The notes under the pieces were generated by a model. It was not told the DNA's origin, searched no databases, and saw only the letters and a program-made list of their open reading frames with translations. Shown piece after piece: positions 52,345 through 64,000 of a stretch of 64,000 nt of DNA. The stretch comes from Octopus sinensis (Eukaryota). The stretch is from the NCBI RefSeq assembly GCF_006345805.1, contig NC_042997.1, positions 18,786,001 to 18,850,000 of the forward strand, written 5' to 3'. The position numbers were made by a program, and so were the translations under genes. The first letter of the stretch is position 1, and every line of letters begins with the position of its first letter.

Positions 52345-52968
52345 CATACATTTCTGAAAAGAGATAAAGAAAATAATATAGAAAATATTAGCAGACTTAG
52401 TTAATAAAATTCAAAAAATTATACAAAATGACAATTAATAAAATATTTAAAAAAAAAAAAATTTAAACAAAATGGCAATGTAATTTTCAGCAGCTGAAAG
52501 TAACTAAAACTAAAAAGAACTGATTGTCTTGAAACAGCAGAAAGTATTTAATTGTAATATAGTATTTTCTTTGTTGTATTTATAATTAAGATGAAACTTT
52601 TTAACAGAAAGAAAGTTTAGCTTACTTCATTCCTGAAAGTACAGGAATTGGAATATTACTGAGAATTTATAGTGAAAATTAATATTTGAAGTTGTTAAGG
52701 TGGCTGGATAAAAATCAAATAAGTAAGATGTTTTCTCAATACTCGATGAAATTTTATTTAACTATCCATGGAAAATCTCATGCAAAATGATACCATTGTT
52801 ATTGTAATCTACAAATTGTAACCCACCTCTGAAATTTCTCCTTTATCCATTGCCCCTTTGGCAGATGAATTATGGCTATTATTATTTTATATCTATACCA
52901 AATCTTACTATTTTTAACTCTACCTTGTTCCTTTTTGTGTTCTTTCTCAAATCCTTTACACAAGAAAA

Positions 52969-53379
52969 GGCGTAAGAGTGGCTGTGTGGTAAGTAGCTTG
53001 CTTACAAACCACATGGTTCTGGGTTCAGTCCCACTGCGTGGCACCTTGGGCAAATGTCTTCTACTATAGTCTCAGGCCAACCAAAGCCTTGTGAGTGGAT
53101 TCAGTCGACGGAAACTGAAAGAAGCCTGTCGTATATATGTATGTGTGTGTGTATATGTTTGTGTGTCTGTGTTTGTACTCGCCAACATCGCTTGACAACT
53201 GATGCTGGTGTGTTTACGTCCCCGTAACTTAGCGGTTCGGCAAAAGAGACCGATAGAATAAGTACTAGGCTTACAAAGAATAAGTCCTTGGGGAGATTTG
53301 CTTGACTAAAGGCGGTGCTCCAGCATGGCTACAGTCAAATGACTGAAACAAGTAAAGGAGTAAAAGAGTGAAAGAGTAA
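52969..53379 (+). mobile_element. SINE family A, full length
   Basis: Matches the family A consensus. Confidence 0.9.
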
Positions 53380-54388
53380 GAAAGGGAATACAATAATGTG
53401 AAAACCAGCAGGCGGCTCATTGTTTGGACTGTTCCACTGCCACAGAAAAGAGATTCTGCATTATTTTCCCATTTCCCTTTGTAGATTCTTGTTTGACCAA
53501 ATCCAATATGGAGTCAATTAAATTATTTCAACTCACTCTATATAAATTCCAAGCTATTCAACACATTTTAAGTTGGCTCCATCTTCATACATATAGCATT
53601 GGTGGAATATTTATCAGCCTTTGCTTTCCAACATATGTATGCAAGTAAATTTGTTGGAAGCATATATAGTAACAGGAGTCACAATGAGAATTTTTGTTGT
53701 GAATCCTGTCAGAAATTTCTGCTAACATTAATTTTAATCTTCCATGACAATCGTTCAATTTCTTAAGGTAAAAAAGATATATTCCAAAAAGTCTCTACTC
53801 AGAATTTTTAATTCTATCTTTTAAAGTGTATGCTTTTCATAGTTTATTTATTTATTATTGGAGACCTTTCTCATTTAATCTGTCCTATTGTTTTAGTACC
53901 GGAGCAGCTACATTTTTACTTTTCTAATTTCATGCTTTCTGTGCATAAAGCATGTTGCAATAGATGTAAATAAAAGATGGGATGGTCATGGCTGTAATGG
54001 CTTTGATGATAAGAAAGCTCGATAAGACATAACTCGAGCTAAACAATAATGATAACAGGTTTGTTTTAAATTTTGATTTCATTCTTCTGATCATTGCAAA
54101 CAGTTAAATATGAATTAACTGATAAGATTTTAATCAAAATATTTGTCGTGAACACAAGCAAAAGTTTGAGACAGAAAAGTTCCATAAGCTTTTGTCAAGA
54201 CTTGAACTCATGTATTTATTGTTTGCAATATAACCATATTAGCCATTATACTTCAGAACATCTCCAAATCCATTAACACACATTAAAAACTATAAATTAT
54301 GTTTAGTTTTTCAACTTTATCATTTTATCATCTCAAGATAAGTGATCAGTCTTCATCAGCTACTTAGTTCTAGGAGAAGAGTGAGGAA

Positions 54389-55350
54389 CATCATCATCAT
54401 CATCATTTAACGTCTATTTTCTATGCTGGCATATGTTAGATGGTTTGACTGGAACTGTCAAGCCAGAGAGCTGTACCAGGAGCTAGTCTGATTTTGGCTT
54501 GGTTTCTACAGCTGGATGCTCTTCTTAATGTCAACCACTACAAAAGTGTAGTGGGTGGTTTTACATTTCACTGGCATTGTCCATGGCTACAATTTCACTT
54601 GGCTCGATGTCTCTTCTCAAGCACAGCAAATTAAAAAAGATCTTGGTCACTTGTCCTCATCTCCATGAGATCCAGCATCTAAAGATCATGCTTCACCACA
54701 TCATCCCATGTCTTCCTGGGTCTAACTCTTCCACAGGTTCCCTCCACAGTCAGAGATCAGCACATCTTTATACAGCTGTCCTCGACTATATGCGTCCCAT
54801 GACCATACCAGTATAGCCTTCTCTCTTGCACACCACATCTGATGCCTCTTATGCTCAACTTCTCTTTCAAAACACTTACACTCTGTTGTATATGCATACT
54901 GGCATTGCACTTCTAGCAAAGGGTACTAGCTTCATTTCTTTCAAGCCTTTGCATATCCTCTGCAATCACAGCCCATGTTTCAATGGTGTGTAGCATGGCT
55001 ATTTGCACACAGGCATCATACAACCTGCCTTTCACTCTGAGGGAGAGTTCCTTTGTTACCAAGAAAAGTAGAAGCTCTCTGAACTTTGTCCAGCTTATTC
55101 TTATTCTCAGGGCCTCTGCCTTCACTGCTGACTTGATCAGTTAGGTAATGGAAGCTATCTACTACTTCTAAGTATATACCCCTGTCCTTTGATGAAGCAT
55201 ATTTTCTGTACATTTCTAGTGTTTACTGTGCCTTTTCTTCATATCAAGCAGGGCCAACACCTTGAAGGGATCTGTGATTTGTCTGTTTTCCTACTAATAA
55301 GACTTTGGTTTTGCTAAATTAACTCTAAGGCCCTTTGATTCCAGACCTTG
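54389..55350 (-). mobile_element. RTE LINE 3' remnant (post-RT region)
   Basis: ORF fragments EVVDSFHYL and WTKFRELL...LSLRVKGRLYDACV...ETWAV...LERNE; (GAT)n tail. Confidence 0.85.
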
Positions 55351-55351
55351 C

Positions 55352-56525
55352 TTCATCATCATCATCGTCATTGTTTAACGTCCACTTTCCATGCTGGCAT
55401 GGGTTGGACGGTTTGACTGAGGGTAGGCAAGTCAGAAAACTGCACCATCTCCAATCTGATCTGGCAAAGTTTCTACAGCTGGATGCCCTTCCTAATGCTA
55501 ACCACTCTGAGAGGGTAGTAGGTGTTTTTTACATGCCACCAGCACGATGCCAATCAGACAGTACTGGCATCGACCATGCTTGAATGGTGCCTTTTACATG
55601 CCACTGTCAAAGGAGCTAGTCAGGTGGCATTGGTAATGACCACGCTTGAATGGGGCTTTTTATGTGCCACCAGCACAGGACCAGTTGGGTAGCACTGGCA
55701 TTGACCACACTCGAATGGTACTCTTAAATGGGCTGGTTATGCCGTACTGGCACAGGCCATGGTTATGGTCTCACTTCACTACCTGGGCCTTCTCAAGCAC
55801 AGCATATCTCCAAAGGTCTTGGTCACTTGTCATCGCCTTCGTGAGGCCCAACGTTTGAAGGTCATGCTTCACCACCTCGTACCAGGTTATCCTGGGTCTA
55901 CCTCTTCCACAGGTTCCCACTACTGCTAGGGTTGACACATTTTCACACAGCTGTCCTCATCCATATGCAAGATATGACCATACCAATGCAGTCGTCTCTC
56001 TTGCACACCGCATCTGATGCTTCTTATGTCCAACTTCTTGTATCACCTGATTGACTATACAGGTGACTAGACTATAGCTGACACCGCCAGATATTTTAAG
56101 CATCTCTATGGTGATTCTTGATGGGCCAGGGGCTTTCCCTGTCTTCATACCCTTAATTGCTTTATCTATCAAGATACTGTCAATTCGGGTCACTGATCCC
56201 TTTGCTGGGTCAACAGTTGGCAGACTCTCTTTTTCCCATTCATTCTCTTCATTTAGCAACCTTTCATAGTGGTGTCTCCAAGTCTCTCTCTTAGCAGCCT
56301 CATTAAATGCAACTGAACCATCATCCATGTGGACACATTTCTCTCTCACAACACTGTCTTGCAACACGAAACACTTCAAGTCTCTTGTCCTCATGATGTA
56401 GAACATTGGCAGTTTTTATCTTATCTGTTTCTCCTCTGGCTAAGTAAACCTGTCTCCTAGCCTCTCTTCTGGCAATCTGATACAATTCCCTGCTACCACC
56501 GTTTTTCTAGTCCTTCCATGCCTGA
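55352..56525 (-). mobile_element. RTE LINE remnant with the RT core deleted
   Basis: ORF 55957-56406 (WRHHYERLLN...KAPGPSRIT...VNQVIQE) is fused to C-terminal sequence; (GAT)n tail at 55352. Confidence 0.85.
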
Positions 56526-56719
56526 AATTTATTACACATTGTAATAGAACCAAAAAGTCACTATAACAGAAATCTGTGCTCATTTCAGGATGGTTTGCTA
56601 GTGGTCAGCATGTTCATTAGTTTTATGTTCTGTGAGAAAATGTGGATTCTATTCTGTAAGTACACTCAGAAAAATCAATCTCCTTAAGTGCATAAATCAT
56701 TCTTAAATTTAAATCAATA

Positions 56720-57190
56720 AGTTATACAGTAAGATTGTTTCTTAAAATAGCTCTAGTTTAGTCTCACGTGAGACCCCCAAATGAAATATTGCTCTCACAT
56801 CTGAGACAGTGCTGCTGCTACACACACAGACTTTCTATGTCAACTCTCAGAAATGGGACACTTGTCTGATTGGCATAAATTTACTCACAGACATACTTTC
56901 ACCTCTGATCATAGGTGTGACATCTATTCTCTCTCTCTATCTTCTTTGAAGCTGACTGCACTCATACCACGTCCACTCAAGTGTCCCCATTTGACACATC
57001 ACTCTTCTTCTCATTACCCTTTCTAAGTTCAGCCCCTTGGACCTTACACTAATTATTATGCCTAGTATTTACATCTCAGAATGTCAACCTACTGGGTTTG
57101 CCTTACTGCTCATATCTTTCCTACCAGTGTTAACTTAGAAAATTTCAAGAGGAATGTTAATGACATAGATTTCATCAGTTTTAGATGGCC
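56720..57190 (+). mobile_element. Highly decayed CR1/Jockey-group LINE 3' remnant
   Basis: Reads SHVRP...MKYCSHI*DSA and W..L...IFPTSVNLENFKRNVNDID. Confidence 0.5.
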
Positions 57191-58292
57191 TGCAAAGACC
57201 ACAGGTATTCCTTCCTTCAGATCAACATATGAAAGCCAAAACCAAAACCAAAAAAAATCTTCAAAAACAACATTGTATTTATGACTCATATTGACAGTAG
57301 GTCATAATATGAATCTTAGTAATTCATTACATCAACATAATTTACTTCAAGGAAATCAAACAGTAAACGAGTTTTTCCCTGTTTAGACATTTCACAAATA
57401 CTTAAACTGGCCAAGATATTATATAAATTGTCTATATTAGATACCTTTAGGTTGGTTCTAATAAAATAAACTTCATTATGCAAATACTGCTTTTGTGTAG
57501 CTCCAGGTCAGAACTATTCTTGAAGGCATGTCAATAGTTGACCATCCTATATTTTTGTAGACAGATTATCTCCAAAAGTGATTTTCAATGTTTCTTAAAA
57601 TTTTAAGATAAGGTGTAATTTCAAGAAAATTTTCATGCTAGCACTATGTCAAATATCACATGATATCATCCAGGATTTTGCATGACATAGGTTATTGTGA
57701 TTTTGCTAAGGTTTAACATTTAAGATGATTTATCAAGCAGTAATTTCAAATGTTTGGGAAACTTTTAATTTCTTTATAAATTCAAAGAATGAGGTACCAC
57801 ATTTTTTGTTTTGATTCAGAAAGGAATAGTTATTAACAGTTAAACTGATATGTGAGGAAAGAGGCTAAGGCTATGTGGCAAGTGAGATTTGAGAAGGAGG
57901 TATAAAACTTTGGGATAAGAATAGGTGAATGTTTGGGGTGTGGAATGAAAGATCATACAGAAATTATTTCTTTACTAATACAATTTTATTATAGAGTACA
58001 AGAGCTTCAATTGTTTCCATTGCAGTTATTTGTATAATTTTCAGGAGTTTGCTTCAGTTCTGCTTGATTGATATTTAATATAATCTGTGAGAAGTTATTG
58101 GTGGCAGAATAGAAGAGTTTTGTGTTGTCTTTACTTACTAGTTTGAGGTATTTGGATTTAGGTTGAAAATGTTTTTGTAATAGACACAAGAAAGTCTTTT
58201 TATGGCAGACTGTATGAAACTATATTCTCTTTTCTTTTTCTATTTTTTGGTTGAAGTTTCGATGTTTCTCTAGTATTTTATTTTTTCTATGT

Positions 58293-58777
58293 ATTTTAAA
58301 ACATCTTGCTCTCTCTCTCCTCCCTCTCTCTCTATTTCTTTCTTTCTCTTTCTCTCTCTCTCTTATTGTTTTTTGCTGACATCTCATAATGAATTGATAA
58401 TTTAATTGCAAGAAAATAAAGCAATTTAGGAGTCAAATTATGAAGACTGAGTATACATAATCAACAAGCAGATGGTCACAATTTGAACACTTCAAATAAA
58501 TTTTTCACTAGATAAGAAAATACAATAGCAGCTATATTGTCTTTTCTTTATCTGGGATATGGTGCCATATATCTTAAATGTATCCAAAAGATTTATTCAT
58601 TATTTTGCTGTATTACATCCTTCATAAGTAGCATTTATCAATTGCTATGAGTAGAACTTTATATGAGAGTAGCAAATATGCTGTGAGCTGGATGAGTCAT
58701 CAATCTATTGCACAGACAACATTATGGTATTTGTTCTGAATTTCTGTGCTCTGAGTGCAAATTTCACTAAGGCCAGA
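58293..58777. repeat. Left arm of a ~485-bp inverted duplication
   Basis: Reverse complement of 60522-61082 with few mismatches. Confidence 0.95.
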
Positions 58778-59246
58778 CTTAAAACTTTATTGTATTTAAA
58801 ACTTTATTGTATCAATGTGCATATTCTTCAGTAATAACTTCCTTAGATGATAATTCAGAAATTCTTGTGAATATGCTGTTGATGAGGTTATAAAAAGTTT
58901 CTTTGGGTGGTTAGAGAAGTTGTTTTATGTAGTTAATTATTTTAGAGTGTTTTTTTTTTTTATATAAGAGTATTCTGGTGATCGGACAAAAAAATTTCTC
59001 ATCGAATTTCCTTACAAATTGTGAATCCCATCTTATGTATCCTATTCTTTTGATAAAGCCTTCCTTCTTATAGGAATATAATTAGACAGAGTTTCTTTCT
59101 TTAATTGAACAAACCATCTGATAAAAATTGAAGTCAAAGCCTATTTGATCTTCACAAAATACTTACCATGAGTTCTATGAAAATTTGGGATCCATGGTAT
59201 ATACTATTTCTAAAATAAAGTAGTAGAGGTAGTGGTGGTAGTAGTG

Positions 59247-59280
<34 letters not shown>

Positions 59281-59643
59281 ATATACATTTATGAGTTCAA
59301 GAAAATTGTGTAACTTCATTTCGTCTGTCAACAATTTTTTATACTAATACCTGGCAGCCAGTAATTGAAAGTTTCTAGAAAACTTCTGATAAGGAATCTT
59401 TGTCATCTTGCTGAACACACCCAAACTGTAAATATATACCATCTAAACAGTGTATATATCTCCAGAATTAACTTTAGATTCATTCTTGAATGATAAAGTC
59501 TCTAAATAACTTTGTTGTCAAAACTCGATTCTTACTTTATAATTATATAGAAATAAATAGTGCCTCAGGGTGTTGTATCAGTTATTCCTAACAGAAAAAG
59601 ACTGTCTTCTTTTGGTTCAATCATGCTCTAATTTCTGCCAAAC

Positions 59644-59686
<43 letters not shown>

Positions 59687-60521
59687 GTAATTCTTACAGA
59701 TATATGAAATAGAATTTTGTTGCAATGGTTTGTGACTAGTGTAGCCAGAAGCACATAAAGGAATATATTGTTCACACAAAATTTGTGTTTGATAATGATC
59801 GAAAATCAAAAATAATATTTTTTTGATATTTCTTTTTTATTCTTTTTTATATATTTTCTTTTCAGAAAATGACAGTAAATAATCTTTGGAAAATTTGAGA
59901 AGTTAATGAGAATAGGCTAATATTACTTACAGTGTTTACTATTTGTACAAGTTTAGACAGATTTAAAAACTAATTCTATGTAGGAAAATATATTTACTCT
60001 CAGTTACAAAAGAAGAAAAAAAAATCTAAGATAAAACATAATATATGATCAGGCCTCAGATGACCATAATTTCAACTTTTATTTGAATTCCCCAGAAATC
60101 CAGAAATTCATGTGTAAATGATATCCTGAATGATATTTTGGATGACAAAAAAAACCCCTTCAAAAAACAGATTATGTGTGCTAGATGGCAGAGTAATTCA
60201 AGTCAGCTACTCATAATCACATTTGACCATGCATTCACGCACTTGCACAAGTATGTGCAGGCCTTGGCATGATATCTTGAGTAAGAGCAGTAGCTGCTTG
60301 TGCATGGAAATCTCTCTTTCCAGGTACCAATGTTTATCCAAGGAAAAAAGCTGCTGATTTGAACTGTCACTATTTGGCACCTATACTGTTACAAGCATGT
60401 AACCGAAAGTAAAATGCCACAACAGCTTCAACAAGTCAGACTGCTCAACACTTTAACAGTTCTGTCAATTCACTACTCTGGATTGTTACCTTTTTATGAT
60501 CCTCAAAAGATGAAAGACAAA

Positions 60522-61082
60522 TCTGGCCTTAGTGAAATTTGCACTCAGAGCACAGAAATTCAGAACAAATACCATAATGTTGTCTGTGCAATACATTGAT
60601 GACTCATCCAGCTCACAGCTTATTTGCTACTCTGATATAAAGTTCTACTCATAGCAATTGATAAATGCTACTTATGAAGGATGTAATACAACAAAATAAT
60701 GAATAAATCTCGTGAATGGGATATACATTTAAGATATATAGCACCATATCCCAGATAAAGAAAAGACAATATAGCTGCTATTTCATTTTTTCCTTTTTTT
60801 TTTTTCATTTTATCTAGTTTCAGGTCACGAGCTGCGGCCATGCTGGGGCACTGCCATTGTGTTTTCTTATCTAGTGAAAAATTTATTTGAAGTGTTCAAA
60901 TTGTGACTATCTGCTTGTTGATTATGTATACTCAGTCTTCATAATTTGACTCCTATATTGTTTTATTTTCTTGCAATTAAATTATCAATTCATTATGAGA
61001 TGTCAGCAAAAAACAATAAGAGAGAGAGAGAGAGGGGGGGAGCGAGGGAGGGAGAGAGAGAGAGAGCAAGATATTTTAAAAT
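60522..61082. repeat. Right arm of the inverted duplication, with a ~75-bp LINE-tail insertion
   Basis: The insertion at 60783-60858 is absent from the left arm and is flanked by ctgctatt/ctgccatt. Confidence 0.95.
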
Positions 61083-63169
61083 CAAACTGACTATTCAAAC
61101 ACACTTAAATATTCACCTTGGGTTAAAAGTCCAAACCATTTAACCACTCTAACATCAAGAATGACAGAAAATAAATTTGACTTTCAAATAGAATTTGTCA
61201 TTTATCATACACACACATATACACAAAAAAAAAAAATCCGTGTTATAATTAAGACTGTTTTTATGTTCTAATATACTGTTCTTTTACAGCAAAGTTATTG
61301 AAAACTTACATAATTTCTTACAAGCAATTTTCTTATTTAGATATGTCTACAAATATTTTATATGTTTTATTTACTCTTTTTTCACAAATATAACAGAAGA
61401 TAAAGAAATTCTTATAATTAATGAAGCTCCAAGACTTTCTTAACTTTTATCCATTTCCATTTGATTACTTCAGGCAAAGAAATGCCTCACAATAAGTTCA
61501 TTTTCTATTTCAGTATTATCTTTGCATATAAACTTGCTATAACTGACGTTTCAATTTATGTTTTCATATCTTTACCTATGTTCAATTACAATATCATTAG
61601 CATTATACGTAATTCAATTTATATAGCATTCTTCTCAGTTATGTACTGCATATGTATGAAGTCTAGGATACTTTTAGGAAATAAATGAAGATGCTCAGAC
61701 TGAGAACCAGATTACAAAGATGCCCTATAAAGCCCTCAACATATATTTTTTTAAGGTTTTACATCCATATGTTTATTATTTCAGAGTTTTTACCTTTTTC
61801 TTTCTTTTATTTATTGGATTATGACCATGCTGTGGCACCGTCTGCATGGACAAGGACTTTTAGTTACCCATATGAACAGTGTTTCTTTGTGGAGCACTTT
61901 CTCATAATTTTGATACTCAGCAAAGCAACTCAACCCCAGTTCATAATGGTAAACATAAATACAGACATGGCTTTACACAAACACATCAACACCATCATCA
62001 TCATCATCATCATCGTCATCATCATCATCATCAGTAGCAACAGTAGTACAGCAGTATTTTAGCTTAGTTTTTAAATTTGGATGCCCTTTCTATCATCAAG
62101 CACATTATAAAATATCCTGAGTGCATTTCACCATGGTAACAGCTCTAAATCTTTGGTCATGTTACAATCATGACCCTATGCTATCTTCACTTAATTGTTA
62201 TCCCCTTTACTGAGTGTACTGGATGCATTTCATTATGACACAACACCTTCTAAGACTAAAAAGTTCTCACTACCTTATGCTGAGTCCATTTGCGGAATAC
62301 AACATGACCAAGAGGGTGAATAGCAAACGGAGTGATGGTAGGAGAAACTAGGGTGCATGTAGGGGAAAGGAACATGTATATGGTGGTAGAGACAGAGCTG
62401 TAGGGGTGTGGAGGTGGGAATGTTGGCTGTTAGAATAAAAAGGATGATGATTGGGTGTATTAAGCAGAGGATAGTAGGAGGGTGCTCGAATACAGGGAAG
62501 TCCAGGTCCATACCCCATTAAAGGAATGGTATAGTCCAGTGAAAGGAAAATGGAGAAATGTTTCAGAGAAAATACGGTTAGATAGGTACAATGACATCCC
62601 TACATAGGAAGAATGACAGTGAGTAGGAGAAATTCACTAGTATCTAAAAAGGTGGATAGAAGACAAGGTAAGCTGACAGTGATAGGAAGGAGAGTGACCC
62701 AGTAGAGAGTGCTAGAGCAAAAGATTGATAAAGAGAGATGAGTGGTCAAAAGATGTGAGAATGGGGAGAAGGCATTATGAGACTGGGCAGGCTGTAGACG
62801 TAGAGTCAATGGGGAATGTTACATGGCACTGGCCTGAGGGTCTGAGGGCCAGTCAAGCAGCACTGGCATCGACCATGCTTAAATGGTGCTTTTTATGTGC
62901 CACTGGCATGGGACCAGTCAGACAGCACTGTACATAAAAGAGGTGAAGTGGAGAGCAACAGTGTAATTAAACTGTGGGTGAGAAATAGGGATATGATGTG
63001 AATTATTAAGGATAGAAATGATGATAAGTGACAGAGATGAAGGTCAGAAGCATATAGGGGTGGATATAATGAGTGACAAAAAGGTGATGGATTATTGATG
63101 GTAGATATGAGAAGATATTTAGGGGAAAGACGTGTTCAATGGAAAATGCAGTGGTAAGAGATAAATTTG

Positions 63170-63372
63170 CCACAAGGGCAGCAGTTTTTGGAGAGGGGAT
63201 GAGTCAATTACATTGACCCAAGTGTTCAACTAGTACTTATTTTATTGACCCTGAAAGGATGAAAGGTAAAGTTGACCTTGGAAAAATTTGAACTCAGAAC
63301 ATAGCAAGAGATTAAATACTGCTAAGCATTTCTCCCTGCATGCTAACGATTCTGTCAGCTCGCTGCCTTATA
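63170..63372 (-). mobile_element. SINE family C
   Basis: ttgaccctgaaaggatgaaaggtaaagttgacc...tttgaactcagaac...tctgtcagctcgc. Confidence 0.75.
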
Positions 63373-63619
63373 GTGGTAAGAGATAATGATGAGAATGTGG
63401 GACATGTGACAAAGGAAGTGGTTGAAAAGCAGGGATAACTAGCATCATGACAGAAGGGATGGAATATGTGCAGTTCTGCTCTAATATAATAACAGCAGCT
63501 GAGGCAATAACATCATAGTGAGAAGGGTGGAAGAGGGAAGGGTTTTATGAATATGAATTATTGTTGGGAAGGCTTGAAGGGTAAAACTTGGATGTGAGGG
63601 CTTAGACATTCACGATTTG

Positions 63620-63870
63620 TATTTAAGAACTCAAGGACAGTAAATTATCAATCAACTCAGACTTTTGTCATCTCCACTCAGTCTCTGAGCTCAGTCTTCC
63701 CAGCTTTGCTCATGTCATTTTGGGTTTCCCTCTACTATAAGTTCCATCCATTTGTAGGGCACGTCTATATGCAGCTGTTTTCATCTATACACATCACATG
63801 ACAATATCAACACAATCTTCACTCCTGCACACCTTTAGTTATATACTCAGTCAGGTCTGATATGGGCTAA
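63620..63870 (-). mobile_element. Decayed RTE C-terminal fragment
   Basis: Minus strand reads KGVQE*RLC*YCHVMCIDENSC, resembling the RRLRWYGHVMRM motif. Confidence 0.5.
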
Positions 63871-64000
63871 AGAACAGCACCTACAGAATTAGAAGAATCA
63901 TTATTTTATTCTCTGTTCAGTCATTTCTCTGTATGATCATTTACAATTCCCTATTTCATTGATGATAATTTGTTTAGCCATTATAACACAATGCCTTTTT

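Noticed and set aside
59167-59209. Minus-strand 43-nt exon with a strong gtaagt donor
   Set aside because: Isolated; the acceptor tract is a microsatellite and the peptide is unrecognisable.
58293-61082. DNA transposon with 485-bp TIRs
   Set aside because: No transposase in the spacer, no TSD seen, and one arm breaks mid-SINE, which fits an inverted duplication better.

Overview
This is AT-rich, microsatellite-dense animal DNA. The SINE and LINE repertoire points to an octopus/cephalopod intron or intergenic region (inference). I find no intact protein-coding gene: the ORFs are either microsatellite translations or decayed transposon fragments. Transposon content includes many tRNA-derived SINEs, RTE LINE remnants with RT motifs, R4/Dong-like restriction-endonuclease LINE remnants, CR1/Jockey-like and Tx1-like remnants, a Penelope-like element with a GIY-YIG domain, a Tc1/mariner remnant, and a 2.9-kb hierarchical tandem array. 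The most striking signal lies outside the ORF track. Several short non-coding elements sit in (TA)n/(TG)n microsatellites and carry minimal type I hammerhead-ribozyme cores (CUGAnGA...GAAA-loop-UH). Two of them are inverted duplications carrying a hammerhead on each strand (31889-32308 and 47080-47610). The window also holds several other inverted repeats that could form dsRNA if transcribed. All calls were made by eye; no folding or database searches were run.
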